From the NCBI GenBank assembly GCA_963724765.1, contig CAVRVY010000003.1:256001-320000 (forward strand): 64,000 nucleotides of DNA, given 5' to 3'. The notes beneath the pieces were generated by a model that worked only from the letters and a program-made list of their open reading frames with translations, was not told where the DNA came from and ran no database searches. The position numbers were made by a program, and so were the translations under genes. This DNA comes from an uncultured delta proteobacterium (lineage in GTDB: Bacteria > Desulfobacterota > Binatia > Binatales > Binataceae). Below, piece after piece: positions 1 to 12,622 of this stretch; position 1 is the first letter of the stretch; every line of letters begins with the position of its first letter.

Positions 1-44
1 GGGGGAGTAGGCCAGAAGGGCCTAGAGATTGTTTGTGATATCGC

Positions 45-2384
<2,340 letters not shown>

Positions 2385-2441
2385 CCTGCCTCCAGCCTCG
2401 AAAATCAGCCCCAGGGCCGCCCGGCAGCCAAAGGGCCGGGC

Positions 2442-3668
2442 CTAGGGTAGTGTGAAGAGCTTGCCGGGATGCTGCACGACCAATCCCCTCAACTCAAGCT
2501 CCAACAATAAGTTAAGCACAGTTTGCGGCGGAAGGTGGCATGTTTCAATCACTGCGTCAACGTGGAGCTTTTGAGCATCCGTTAAGCAATCTAAGATTGT
2601 TTGGATATCTTTAGTCGTCTCTTCGACCAAATTCGCCGACCCGCCAGCAGTAATCGCCACTGACGATTGGCCGCGGCTGTCTCGGCGTCCGGCGACCATG
2701 GACGCCGCCTGAGATGCCGGCGGCGCCGCGCGCTCCGTCGGCGTTGGCTCCATTGGCGTTGATTCCTTCGGCGTTGACGCTTTGCCGACCATCTGTGGCG
2801 CGAGGTCTTCGAGCACATCCTCGACACATTCCACCAGCACGGCGCCTTCGCGAAGCAGGCGATTGCTGCCCCGGGTCTTGCCGCTCAGCGGGCTGCCGGG
2901 AACGGCGAAAACCTGGCGATCCTGCTCGAGCGCCATTCGAGCGGTTATCAGCGAGCCGCTCTTCTCCGCCGCCTCGACGATCACGACGCCCAGCGAGAGG
3001 CCGGACAGGATGCGGTTGCGGCTGGGAAAATTCTCGGGCAGCGGCGCGGTGCCCAGCGGCAGTTCGCTCAGGATGGCGCCGCGGCCCTCGACGATCGCGG
3101 CGGCGAGCGCGCGATGCTCCGGCGGGTACGCGACATCGATACCGCATCCCAGCACCGCGACGGTGCGGCCGCCGGCTTCGAGCGCGCCGCGATGCGCCGC
3201 GCCATCGATTCCGCGGGCAAGCCCGCTGACCACGACGAAGCCACGCGCGGCGAGTTCAAAGCCCAGCCGCTGAGCCATCCGCAAGCCGGCCTCGCTGGCC
3301 GCGCGCGCGCCGACCACCGCTACGCAGGCAGTGTAGTTGGGTTCGAGCACACCGCGCGCGATAAGGTAGGGAGGCGGGTCGGAAATCTGCTTCAGGTTGG
3401 GCGGGTACTCGTCGTCGGTCCATCGCACCAGGCGCGCATCGAGCCGCGGCAATTCGCACAGTTCCTTCTCCAGCGGCGCGAAGTCGTTGAAGCCGGAGAT
3501 AGCGCGGGCGACATTACGGCCGACGCCGGCCGCGGTGATCTCTTGTTCAGTGGCTTTGAAAATCGGCTCGGCGGAGCCGAACCGCTCGAGTAACAACCGG
3601 CAGGTGCGCGGACCGGCGCCGTGGACACGTCGCAGCGCAAGCCAATAAGCGTCGGCAGTCGCGGACAT
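2442..3668 (-). CDS. dprA: DNA-processing protein DprA/Smf
   Basis: VVSGLARGIDGAAH, FPSRNRILSGL, EAAEKSGSLITA motifs; classic dprA-topA synteny; start moved to ATG 3668. Confidence 0.95.
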   Translation of the reverse strand: MSATADAYWLALRRVHGAGPRTCRLLLERFGSAEPIFKATEQEITAAGVGRNVARAISGFNDFAPLEKELCELPRLDARLVRWTDDEYPPNLKQISDPPPYLIARGVLEPNYTACVAVVGARAASEAGLRMAQRLGFELAARGFVVVSGLARGIDGAAHRGALEAGGRTVAVLGCGIDVAYPPEHRALAAAIVEGRGAILSELPLGTAPLPENFPSRNRILSGLSLGVVIVEAAEKSGSLITARMALEQDRQVFAVPGSPLSGKTRGSNRLLREGAVLVECVEDVLEDLAPQMVGKASTPKESTPMEPTPTERAAPPASQAASMVAGRRDSRGQSSVAITAGGSANLVEETTKDIQTILDCLTDAQKLHVDAVIETCHLPPQTVLNLLLELELRGLVVQHPGKLFTLP

Positions 3669-3959
3669 AGGGCCCCAGTGCGGCGGTGGCGTCGTGATGC
3701 AAAACGGAAGTTCTGCGAAACGCGTGGGCCGCGATGAGCGTATTTCTACCTCAAGCGGTAATTTTGGGCCAATAGGACGCGGCAGACGGCGCGGGGCTCC
3801 AGCTTGACCGGGCCCGCTCAATGAAATACTTAAGAACGAACCGCTTTGTTTGCCGCCCGCAGTGCTGTCTGTCTGTTATAAGATGATGAATAATTGTCGC
3901 TCCCGCGGCGGATGCGCAGGCGGAGAAGCAAAGGGCGTGGGCGGAGGAGCAAAAACGTA

Positions 3960-4538
3960 ATGGATGCAAGCCAGGTGACGGAAACGGGCCGGATGTCGGC
4001 GGCTGACAAGCAGATTCTTATCTTCAGCGTCTATCGCGACGCCGAATTGCGTGGAGCGCGCCTGCTGTTCAACCTGATCGGTCATATGAAGGATGGCGAC
4101 TCGCAGCTCAAGATGGCCAAGCACCTGGCCGACGAAACCCGCCACGCCTGGTTGTGGACCCGGCGTATCGCCGACCTCGGCGGCACGCCCCTCATGCTGG
4201 CGGACGGCTATCAGCGCCGGCTCGGGCTGCGGCTTGGCGTACCCAAGACCGTGGTCGAACTGCTGGCGCTGACCGTGGTCGTCGAGGAGCGTGCGCAGAG
4301 CCGCTACATGGCGCACGCCGCGCTGCCCAACGTCGACGACGAGACCCGCGAAGTGCTCAAGGCCGTCACCGAGGACGAGACCTGGCACCTGTCGTGGATC
4401 GAAAAGAAGATGCGCGAGATCGCCAAGGAAGAGGGCTCCGAAGCCAAGGCCGAGGAGGCGCTCGACCGCTACCGCTCGATCGAGCGCGAGGTTTACGCGA
4501 CACTCGCCGCCGACGAAGTGGAGTTGATGCGCACCTGA
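3960..4538 (+). CDS. ferritin-like domain protein
   Basis: Two ExxH-type di-iron motifs (DETRH, DETWH) in a four-helix pattern. Confidence 0.75.
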   Translation: MDASQVTETGRMSAADKQILIFSVYRDAELRGARLLFNLIGHMKDGDSQLKMAKHLADETRHAWLWTRRIADLGGTPLMLADGYQRRLGLRLGVPKTVVELLALTVVVEERAQSRYMAHAALPNVDDETREVLKAVTEDETWHLSWIEKKMREIAKEEGSEAKAEEALDRYRSIEREVYATLAADEVELMRT

Positions 4539-4621
4539 GCCGGCGCGTCGCCCTGCGCGACACGGTTATCCGTATTTTTCGCTGCCCGATTTCCCGCTGA
4601 AATACCGGAGAGCCACGTAGG

Positions 4622-5488
4622 CTAAACGCCGCGCGCATTCAGGGCGGCGTTGAGTTCCACCCTCATCGACTCGGCCGCCTCGGCCGCCGCCTGTGCGGGC
4701 GCGAAACCGGGCCGCTTGAGATAAGCGTACATCAGGCTCCGGCTCGCATTGACCAACACTCCGGCGCCATCGGCGCGCGCCGCTCGCACCGCGTCGGCCG
4801 CGCTCGCGCCCTGCGCGCCATAACCCGGGACCAGAATCGTCGCATGCGGCATCAACTCGCGCGCGCGAGCGGCATGCTGCGGATAGGTCGCACCGACCAC
4901 CGCGCCCACCGGGCTCAGCCCGCTTGGACCGACGAAATCGCCGCCCCACCCTTCGACCCGCCGCGCCACCCACTCCCAAACCGGCGCGCCATCGGCAGCC
5001 CGGTCCTGGAACTCGCCCGAGGACGGATTGGAAGTCTTGACCAGCACGAACAAGCCGCGGCCGTCGCGCACGCGGGTTACGAATGGCGCGATCGCATCGC
5101 TTCCCAAGTAAGGATTCACCGTCACGGCGTCACATCCGAAATCACCGTCACCAAGGAAGGCCTCGGCATAGGCGGCCGAAGTCGATCCAATATCGCCGCG
5201 CTTGGCGTCGGCGACCGTCAGCAATCCCAGTCGGCGCGCGAGTCCGATCATCTCGACCAGCGCGCGCATCCCGTCCATCCCGCGCGCCTCGAAGAATGCG
5301 AGTTGCGGCTTGATGGCGCAGACCGCGCCGGCGCATGCTTCGACGATCGCGCAGCAAAAACGGGAGAGCGTATAGCCGTCAGGCAGGCCGGGCGTGCCGC
5401 ACGCGTCGAGTTGCGGATCGACGCCGAGCATGGCGACGCTTCGCTTGCGCCGTTGGGCTTCGAGCAGCCGCTCGGAGAAATAATCCAT
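4622..5488 (-). CDS. pyrF: orotidine-5'-phosphate decarboxylase (type 2)
   Basis: KPQLAFFE, DAKRGDIGST, VKTSNP, LVPGYGAQG, VNASRS motifs. Confidence 0.95.
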   Translation of the reverse strand: MDYFSERLLEAQRRKRSVAMLGVDPQLDACGTPGLPDGYTLSRFCCAIVEACAGAVCAIKPQLAFFEARGMDGMRALVEMIGLARRLGLLTVADAKRGDIGSTSAAYAEAFLGDGDFGCDAVTVNPYLGSDAIAPFVTRVRDGRGLFVLVKTSNPSSGEFQDRAADGAPVWEWVARRVEGWGGDFVGPSGLSPVGAVVGATYPQHAARARELMPHATILVPGYGAQGASAADAVRAARADGAGVLVNASRSLMYAYLKRPGFAPAQAAAEAAESMRVELNAALNARGV

Positions 5489-5604
5489 CGCGGCCTCATC
5501 ATTTCACAAGCGATTTGCCCGCCACAACGCATCGCGCGCGCCTTCATGCCGCTTGGAGAGCGGCGCGGTTTCGCGATAGCGTGCGGCCACGGCAGGGAGT
5601 GCGT

Positions 5605-6474
5605 ATGGAACTCGGAAAATTCGGCGTCTTTTCCTACCTCGACACGCTCAGTGCCGGCGAAGTCGCCGGCTTCGCCCGCAAGCTGGAACATCTGGGCTAC
5701 AGCGCGTTGTGGTTTCCGGAGACCTTTGGTCGCGACCCCTTCGTGTGCGCGGCGTACGTGCTCGGCAACACGCAGCGGCTAATCGCAGGCGCGGCGGTGG
5801 CGGTGGTATGGAAACGCGAGGCGGCGGCGATGGCGGGGGCGGCGCGCACGCTGGGCGAGATGTTCCCCGAGCGGTTTATCCTCGGGATGGGCGTAAGCGG
5901 CGGCCCGTTCATGAAACGCCACGGGCTCAACTACCAGAAACCGTTCAGCTATATGCGCGAGTACCTCATCCGGATGCGCGAAGCGCCGTACTACGGTCCG
6001 CGCCCCGCTGCCGAGCCGCCGATGATCCTCGCGGCGCTTAGGCCGCGGATGCTCGAGTTGGCGATGGGCGAGACGATGGGCACGATCACGGCGCTGATGC
6101 CGCCCGAGGCGATTGCCACGATGCGCGCGACGATCGGCCAGGGCAAATGGATCTGCGCGCAGCAGGTGGTGATGCTCGAGACCGACGCGGCGCGGGCGCG
6201 CGCCGCCGCACGCAAGTTCCTGCACTTCTACCTGGGCTCGCCAACCTACCATACGCATCTGCTCGCGCTCGGCTTTACCGACGCCGACCTGGGCGGCGAC
6301 GGCAGCGACCGGCTGGTCGACACGCTGGTGGCGTGGGGCGACGAGCGGCGGCTGCGGCTATGCCTCGACGCTCATCTTGATGCCGGCGCGAATCATGTCG
6401 TGATCTCCGCGCTCAGCTCCTCCGGCGGCCATCGCCCCGACGAGCGCGCGCTGGAGGCGATGGCGCCGCAATAG
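5605..6474 (+). CDS. LLM-class (luciferase-like, probably F420-dependent) oxidoreductase
   Basis: LGYSALWFPE..GRDPF, RFILGMGVS, LAALRPRMLELA, GANHV motifs; start ATG 5605 with GGGAG RBS. Confidence 0.85.
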   Translation: MELGKFGVFSYLDTLSAGEVAGFARKLEHLGYSALWFPETFGRDPFVCAAYVLGNTQRLIAGAAVAVVWKREAAAMAGAARTLGEMFPERFILGMGVSGGPFMKRHGLNYQKPFSYMREYLIRMREAPYYGPRPAAEPPMILAALRPRMLELAMGETMGTITALMPPEAIATMRATIGQGKWICAQQVVMLETDAARARAAARKFLHFYLGSPTYHTHLLALGFTDADLGGDGSDRLVDTLVAWGDERRLRLCLDAHLDAGANHVVISALSSSGGHRPDERALEAMAPQ

Positions 6475-7155
6475 TCAGCTCCGGGGTTTTTTGCGCGCCG
6501 CGCGGGCGCGCCTGGGCGAGGTATCAACGGGCAGCACGACGTCGCCGCTTCGCCACAGATACCAGGATGCGGCCGACCGATAGGGACGCCACCGCTCGGC
6601 CAACGCGCGCAGGCGCTTCGCGTCGGGCATCTTGCGCATCCGGTACAACCGCCGCACCGCGTTGCGAACTCCCAGATCGTCGACCGGCAACACGTCGGGC
6701 CGCCCGAGATTGAACATCAGGAACATCTCCGCGGTCCATCGTCCCACGCCATGCACGCGCGTCAGATCGACGATGATCTCCTCGTCGTCCATCTTGGAGA
6801 AGCGATGGAAGTTGAGCGTGCCATTGTCGACATGCGCGGCGAGGTCCTTGAGATAGAGGCTCTTCTGGCGCGAGAGCCCGGCGCGGCGAAGGTCTTCCGG
6901 CGACGCGTCGAGCACCTGGCGCGCAGTCGGAAAGCGCCGGCCGGGAAAGAGCGCGACGAAGCGGGTGTAGATGGTATGGGCGGCCGCGCCAGCAAGCTGC
7001 TGAAAGATGATCGCGCGGCTGAGCGCCTGGAAACGCTCGCGCCGCAATGCGAATTCGATCGGCCCTACCGCGTCGATCACCCGCGCCAGGACCGGATCGG
7101 CGTCGCGCAGATGCGCCATCGCCTCGCGCGCGTAGGAAACTCCGTTGCTCGCCAT
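6475..7155 (-). CDS. DNA-3-methyladenine glycosylase II (AlkA, HhH-GPD family)
   Basis: IIFQQL, HhH GVGRWTAEMFLMF, DVLPVDDLG, WRPYRS. Confidence 0.9.
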   Translation of the reverse strand: MASNGVSYAREAMAHLRDADPVLARVIDAVGPIEFALRRERFQALSRAIIFQQLAGAAAHTIYTRFVALFPGRRFPTARQVLDASPEDLRRAGLSRQKSLYLKDLAAHVDNGTLNFHRFSKMDDEEIIVDLTRVHGVGRWTAEMFLMFNLGRPDVLPVDDLGVRNAVRRLYRMRKMPDAKRLRALAERWRPYRSAASWYLWRSGDVVLPVDTSPRRARAARKKPRS

Positions 7156-7407
7156 CGCGCGCGGATTATAGCCGATTCGGCAGACGACGTGTCATCGGCA
7201 CATTTTCGGCCCACATTCGGCCCGGCGGCCGCAGACTGTCGCTTCCGTCACGTTCCGGGACAGTTCCCGAGAAATTCCCGAGACGTCCAACGCCTGGAGC
7301 GCTTGCAAGTTGCACTCACTCGAAGATAATGAACCGGAAATCGCAAGCTGGAGCATGCAATTTCCTGATACCACGCCACCATCGATTCCGAGAGAGGTTT
7401 AGCTGCT

Positions 7408-8628
7408 ATGAAGACAGTGATGGCCAACAGGCGCTGGATAAAAGAGCATCCCGAGCTTGGCACCGGGCCGGTGCCCACCGAGACTTGCACCTCGCCGGAA
7501 CTCTTCGAGCTCGAGCGCGACCGCATCTTCCGTAGGACCTGGCTCAACATGGGCCGCGAGGAAGACCTTCCGGAGCCTGGCAACTACGTGGTCCGGGACC
7601 TCGCGATTGCCAACGCCTCGGTCCTGCTGGTTCGCGGCAAGGACCGAAAAATCAGGGCGTTCCATAACGTCTGCGTGCATCGCGGCAATCGGCTGGTCAA
7701 CAACGAGAAGGGACTTTGCAAGGGCCGCTTCGTTTGCCGCTTTCACAATTGGGCTTTCGACACGATGGGCCAGCTCACGTGGGTGTCCGACGAGGCCAAC
7801 TTTTACGACATCGACAAGCGCGCCCTTGGCCTGAAACCGATCGCGGCGGATCTATGGGAAGGCTTCATTTTCATCAACTTGAGTCCCAATCCCTCCGAGA
7901 CCCTCGCCCAGTATATGGCGGGCATGGTTCAGCAGATTCATGGGTATCCTTTTGATCAACAGCGGCTGATGTGCCGCTACAGAGTCGAGGAAAGGGCGAA
8001 CTGGAAGGTAATGCTGGACGCGCAAAATGAGGTTTACCATCTCCCGTTCCTGCATATTACCTATCCCGATTTCTGTCCGCTGAATGAGCAGAAGTTCAGC
8101 CGTATTCAGAATTTCACGCGCTTCGGCCGCCATACCGTTTACTCAGTCGAATTGAACCCCGATCATAAAATGACGCCGGTTGAAGCAATAGCCGTAAGCG
8201 TGAATCCGCGTGGAGGACAGGTCCATCCGTCGATGATCGGATGGTTTGATTTCTACACCGTATTTCCGAATTTCTGCATGTTGTTCCTGGCGGGGACTTA
8301 CGTTACCTACAACATCTGGCCCCTCGCGGTCGATCGCAGTATCTGGGAAGTCAGCATATATCAACCGACGACCGATAAGCCGAGCGAGAGATTCGCGCAG
8401 GAGTACAACCGTTGCCGTTTTCGCGATCTCCTGCAGGAAGACGCGAGCAATCACGAAGCCATCCAGGCCAGCCTCAATTCGGGAGCGCTGAGTCATTTCC
8501 AGCTACAGGACGAGGAAATCCAAATCAGGCATTTCCACAAGGAAGTATGCAGACACATCTTTGGTGAAGAGAATGGCGCGGCAGCCATCGCAAATAACCG
8601 CGAGGCGGCTGAACTCAGATTAAAATGA
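7408..8628 (+). CDS. Rieske aromatic ring-hydroxylating oxygenase alpha subunit
   Basis: Rieske CxH...CxxH (CVHRG, CRFHNW), NWK..D...EVYH...LH mononuclear Fe site. Confidence 0.92.
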   Translation: MKTVMANRRWIKEHPELGTGPVPTETCTSPELFELERDRIFRRTWLNMGREEDLPEPGNYVVRDLAIANASVLLVRGKDRKIRAFHNVCVHRGNRLVNNEKGLCKGRFVCRFHNWAFDTMGQLTWVSDEANFYDIDKRALGLKPIAADLWEGFIFINLSPNPSETLAQYMAGMVQQIHGYPFDQQRLMCRYRVEERANWKVMLDAQNEVYHLPFLHITYPDFCPLNEQKFSRIQNFTRFGRHTVYSVELNPDHKMTPVEAIAVSVNPRGGQVHPSMIGWFDFYTVFPNFCMLFLAGTYVTYNIWPLAVDRSIWEVSIYQPTTDKPSERFAQEYNRCRFRDLLQEDASNHEAIQASLNSGALSHFQLQDEEIQIRHFHKEVCRHIFGEENGAAAIANNREAAELRLK

Positions 8629-8957
8629 ATACTCTATTGCCAAACGGTTTTTCGGATCTCGAACAATTTGCCGAGTGGGCGCTGCCGACAAGCACTGAGC
8701 GGAACAGGAAGCGTCTCGGAAGCTCGATGGACGAGATCAACGCGCTCTACAATGCGATGCTGCCGAGGCTCGAAGAGGTACTCGCATATCTTGACCGTTT
8801 TTCGTTACAGGAGATGCCGCAGGATGCGCAAAGGCTCCTCTACCTCTCTCTGTCCTTGGCCGAAATCTCAATCGCAGTGGAACTATTTCACGAGCCCAAA
8901 GTCACCGGAGGCTGCGATCCGGAACGGTTTGTGGTGGTGCGCGAACCTAATCCGTGA
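8625..8957 (+). CDS. conserved small hypothetical protein coupled to the Rieske oxygenase
   Basis: ATGA overlap with the upstream gene; LPxGFxDLE.F..W motif. Confidence 0.7.
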   Translation: MNTLLPNGFSDLEQFAEWALPTSTERNRKRLGSSMDEINALYNAMLPRLEEVLAYLDRFSLQEMPQDAQRLLYLSLSLAEISIAVELFHEPKVTGGCDPERFVVVREPNP

Positions 8958-9739
8958 AACCCGTATATCGCGGTAAAGGCGACGTGAACCTCGCAGACAA
9001 AGTAGCCCTGGTGACCGGCGCAGGATCCGGTATCGGCCGATCGGTTGCCCTGAGGCTCGCTGCCGCGGGCGCTCAGGTGATCGTCGCGGATTTCAATGAG
9101 GATGCCTGCGCCCGGACCTGCGCCGAGCTGAAAAAGTCGGGAGCCGAAGCGGCTTGGCTACGGACGGACGTCTCCAGAACTGACGAAGTCCAGCAGCTTA
9201 TCGCCTTCACCATCCGGACCTTCGGGAGGCTCGACTGCGCGGTCAACAACGCCGGGGTCCAGGGCGAGCTGGCTTCCACGGCCGAGTGCAGCGAGGAAAA
9301 CTGGGACCGCATCGTCGACACCAATCTCAAAGGCGTCTTTCTGTGCATGAAGTACGAATTGCGAGAGATGCTCCGACGCGGCAGCGGCGCAATCGTGAAC
9401 ATCGCTTCGAACTTCGGATTGGTGGGTTCTCCGCAGATGCCCGCTTACTCCGCGAGCAAACACGGCGTGGTGGGCCTTACCAAAACCGCGGCGATCGAGG
9501 TTGCGGCGCGCGGAATTCGCGTGAACGCGGTATGCCCCGGACCGACCTTAACGCCGCTCGTGGAATCGGTGGTAAAATACACGCCCGGAATCATCGACGC
9601 GATCAATAGCCGCCTACCGATCGGCCGGATGGCCCGTCCCGAAGAGATTGCACAAACGGTCGCGTGGCTGTGCTCGGACGAGGCGGCGTTTGTAGTCGGC
9701 GGAATTTTTCCGGTTGACGGCGGCTACGTCGCTCAGTAG
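8954..9739 (+). CDS. short-chain dehydrogenase/reductase
   Basis: TGAGSGIG, NNAG, YSASK catalytic motif. Confidence 0.95.
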   Translation: MKPVYRGKGDVNLADKVALVTGAGSGIGRSVALRLAAAGAQVIVADFNEDACARTCAELKKSGAEAAWLRTDVSRTDEVQQLIAFTIRTFGRLDCAVNNAGVQGELASTAECSEENWDRIVDTNLKGVFLCMKYELREMLRRGSGAIVNIASNFGLVGSPQMPAYSASKHGVVGLTKTAAIEVAARGIRVNAVCPGPTLTPLVESVVKYTPGIIDAINSRLPIGRMARPEEIAQTVAWLCSDEAAFVVGGIFPVDGGYVAQ

Positions 9740-9783
9740 AAAAAGCGCGACATTCATCAGCGGCGCGAAACTACACTAGCAAG

Positions 9784-9960
9784 TCACCAGCCGCTCTCGC
9801 GTTCCTTGAGCAGCGGGTGAAGGACGCTGCCGCGCACCTTGATGGGCTTGTGATGCTTGAGCCACTCGCGTATGTCGCCCTTGACGCGACGAATGAGGCG
9901 GGCGTGTTCAAGTCGATCCAACCGAGCTTCATCTGCGGTCTTATTTTCCGGGCTTTCCAT
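9784..9960 (-). CDS. small hypothetical protein (58 aa)
   Basis: ATG-started ORF downstream of the ABC operon, plausible composition. Confidence 0.4.
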   Translation of the reverse strand: MESPENKTADEARLDRLEHARLIRRVKGDIREWLKHHKPIKVRGSVLHPLLKERESGW

Positions 9961-10010
9961 ATGAGCACTCGACCGAAAGCTGCTGCGTGAGAAATCCCGC
10001 GAAGCGGCGG

Positions 10011-11804
10011 CTAACCGTGACGATGCGGAGATAGCCAGACTTGCTCCAGGCGCGTGGGGCGCATCGGGTTGAGTACGTAACCGTTCACCCAGGGCTGGCG
10101 GATCATGTAGGCCACCGGATTGTAGAGAAAGACCCACGGCGCGTCGGCAACCACGAGTTCCTCGGCCCGATTATATAGCGCATAGCGCTCGGCGCGGTCG
10201 GTCAGCGGCGCAGCCTCAGCCAGCAGTTTGTCGACCTCGGGATTGTTGTAAAAGGTATCGTTGTTGCCGCCCCACTGCTTGCGCGAGAACAGGACCTCGA
10301 GGAAGTTCTGCGGGTCGGAAAAATCGGCTTCCCATCCGAGGTCGACCATCGCCACGGTGTCAGGTTGGCGAATCGCTTCGAGGAGCGGCGCCCAAGCCAC
10401 CGGCTTGAGCTCGACGTGGACGCCGACCAGCGCCAGGTCTTGCTGGATCGCTTGGCCGATCATCATTTCAGTCCGATCGGCGCGCATCCATAGCGTCGGC
10501 GAAAAGCCCTTACCCACTCCCGCCTCCTCCAGCAGCAGCCGTGCCTTGGCAGGATCGTATGGATAGCCCCTTAAGCGCGGATTGAAGCCTGGCAGACCGG
10601 GCGGCAAGACGCCGTCGGCGACGACGCCGCGTCCGTTCAGCAGGGCGATTATCTTGTGCTTGTCGATCGCGTAGTTGAACGCACGCCGCACGCGAACGTC
10701 GTCGAACGGTTTCATCCCGCAGTTCATCCCGAGGTAGTCGGTCGCGATGTCCACGATGTGGAGCGTCAACGTGCGCAGATGCGGCGTCTTCATCACGTAC
10801 AGAAACTCGGCCGACGGAATTCTCGAAACGTCGATCGCCCCGGCTTCGAATTTGAGCCACTGCAAATCGTCGCTGACTCCGATTTCCTCGATCACCGCGT
10901 CCAGCCGCGGAACGCCCTTGATGAAGTACTCGGGATTCCTGACCAGCACCAATCGCTGGCCGCCGATCCACTGGGCAAGCTTGAACGGGCCGCTGCCGAC
11001 TACGTGGCTGGAGAAATCGTCGCCCCATCGCTCAACTACCTCGCGCGGCACCGCCGCCGCAAACGGCATCGCGAGCTTCTGCACGAAGATCGGATCGGGG
11101 CCGTCCAGATGAAAAACGATCGTCCACGGATCCGGCGTCGCGATACCGCCAACTTCGTGCGCACGCCCGGCCTGAAATTCCGCCGCTCCCATTATCTCGC
11201 GAAAATATTCCATCCCTTTCGAGCGCGTCGCCGGCTTGAGCACGCGCTCGATTTCGTACTTGAAATCGGCGGCGGTTACCGCGCGGCCGTTGGTGAAGTG
11301 GGCGTCGCGGCGCAGATGAAACGTGAAGACCCGGGCGTCGGGCGACCCCTCCCAGCTCGTCGCAATCTGCGGCACCAGGTCGACACCCCCGTCGCTGTAA
11401 CGGACCAGCGTGTCGAAAATCATCTGCTCGAAGGTCCACGAGGCGGTGTCATAGCCGGCGGCGGGGTCAAGCGTCGGCACGTCGTCCTGCACGGCGAGAT
11501 GGAGCACTTGCGCGCCGGGCGCAAAGCGCGGCATTGCCGATGCGCCCGCCCCGCCGCGGCATCCGGCGCCGCCGACGGCGGCGCCGGATGCCGCGGCGAG
11601 CCATAGCGCAGCCGCCGCCAGCGCGCGGAACGCGCGCTGGCGGCGGCTGCGCGAATCACCGCCGGCGCGGGCTGCGCCCGCGCCGTGAGCCGCGCGACCT
11701 GCGACCGCGAAGCGGTCGCAGGTCGCGAATTGCGCGGCGCCGGCTCCGCCGGCGCCGCCGCGGCCGGCGATGAGGCGGCGGCGCGGCACGCGCGGCCGCC
11801 TCAT
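10011..11804 (-). CDS. peptide/nickel ABC transporter substrate-binding protein (family 5)
   Basis: TLDPA, FTFHLR, GSGPFKL, DDVRVRRAFNYAID; start at 11804 overlaps the permease stop (ATGA). Confidence 0.9.
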   Translation of the reverse strand: MRRPRVPRRRLIAGRGGAGGAGAAQFATCDRFAVAGRAAHGAGAARAGGDSRSRRQRAFRALAAAALWLAAASGAAVGGAGCRGGAGASAMPRFAPGAQVLHLAVQDDVPTLDPAAGYDTASWTFEQMIFDTLVRYSDGGVDLVPQIATSWEGSPDARVFTFHLRRDAHFTNGRAVTAADFKYEIERVLKPATRSKGMEYFREIMGAAEFQAGRAHEVGGIATPDPWTIVFHLDGPDPIFVQKLAMPFAAAVPREVVERWGDDFSSHVVGSGPFKLAQWIGGQRLVLVRNPEYFIKGVPRLDAVIEEIGVSDDLQWLKFEAGAIDVSRIPSAEFLYVMKTPHLRTLTLHIVDIATDYLGMNCGMKPFDDVRVRRAFNYAIDKHKIIALLNGRGVVADGVLPPGLPGFNPRLRGYPYDPAKARLLLEEAGVGKGFSPTLWMRADRTEMMIGQAIQQDLALVGVHVELKPVAWAPLLEAIRQPDTVAMVDLGWEADFSDPQNFLEVLFSRKQWGGNNDTFYNNPEVDKLLAEAAPLTDRAERYALYNRAEELVVADAPWVFLYNPVAYMIRQPWVNGYVLNPMRPTRLEQVWLSPHRHG

Positions 11805-12622
11805 CGCCCGGCCCTCCCGCCACGCGCGCGCAAGTAACCGTAGCCAAGCAGGTTGAACCCCAGCACCGCGTAAAAAATCGCCAGCCCCGGAAAGGCCACG
11901 AGCCACGGCGCCGTGCGGAAGTAGATTAGTGCCTCTTCGATCATGCGACCCCAACTTGGTGTCGGCGGCGGCACGCCGAGGCTGAGAAAACTCAACCCCG
12001 CATCCAGCAGCAGCGTGCCGGAGGTACCGAGCACCGCCATCACCACGATAATCGGCATCACGTTGGGAAGCACATGGAGCACGATTAGCCGTGCCGGCGA
12101 GCCGCCCAGCGCGCGCGCCGCCGTCACGAAATCGCGCTCGGCCATCGACAACGTCTCGGCCCGCACCACTCGTGCGATTTGCGTCCACGAGACGAGGCCG
12201 ATCACCAGCAATACATTGAGCAAACTGGGATGCAGCACAGCGACGAACGCCATCGCGAGCAGCAACGCCGGCAGCGTCAGCATCACGTCGGTAAACCGCA
12301 TCAGCGCGAAATCGGCCGCGCCGCCGAAGAAGCCCGAGACCAACCCGATCGTCACCCCAATCGTCATCGTGATTGCCATCGCGGCCAGGCCGACGATCAG
12401 CGAGACGCGCGCGCCCCAGATGATACGCGATAGCACGTCGCGCCCCAGTTCGTCGGTGCCTAGCGGAAAGGTCGCCGACGGGCGGCCGGGGTCACCGTAG
12501 GTCGGCGCGACCGCGCGAGTCGGATCGTACGGCGCGAGCCGCGGCGCGAACAGCGCGGCCAGCAGCAGGCTCAGCACCATCGCCGCACCCACCAGCTCCA
12601 TCGCGTTGAGCCGCCCCGTCAT
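11801..12622 (-). CDS. peptide ABC transporter permease (DppC/OppC-like)
   Basis: LGTDELGRDVLSRIIWGAR, EAA-like loop DFVTAARALG, PPTPSWG. Confidence 0.93.
   Translation of the reverse strand: MTGRLNAMELVGAAMVLSLLLAALFAPRLAPYDPTRAVAPTYGDPGRPSATFPLGTDELGRDVLSRIIWGARVSLIVGLAAMAITMTIGVTIGLVSGFFGGAADFALMRFTDVMLTLPALLLAMAFVAVLHPSLLNVLLVIGLVSWTQIARVVRAETLSMAERDFVTAARALGGSPARLIVLHVLPNVMPIIVVMAVLGTSGTLLLDAGLSFLSLGVPPPTPSWGRMIEEALIYFRTAPWLVAFPGLAIFYAVLGFNLLGYGYLRARGGRAGR

Noticed and set aside
11805-12188. N-terminal extensions of the SBP, nfo, proS, trpS and dprA ORFs in the ORF track
   Set aside because: They overlap neighbouring genes and lack family motifs; downstream starts fit better.
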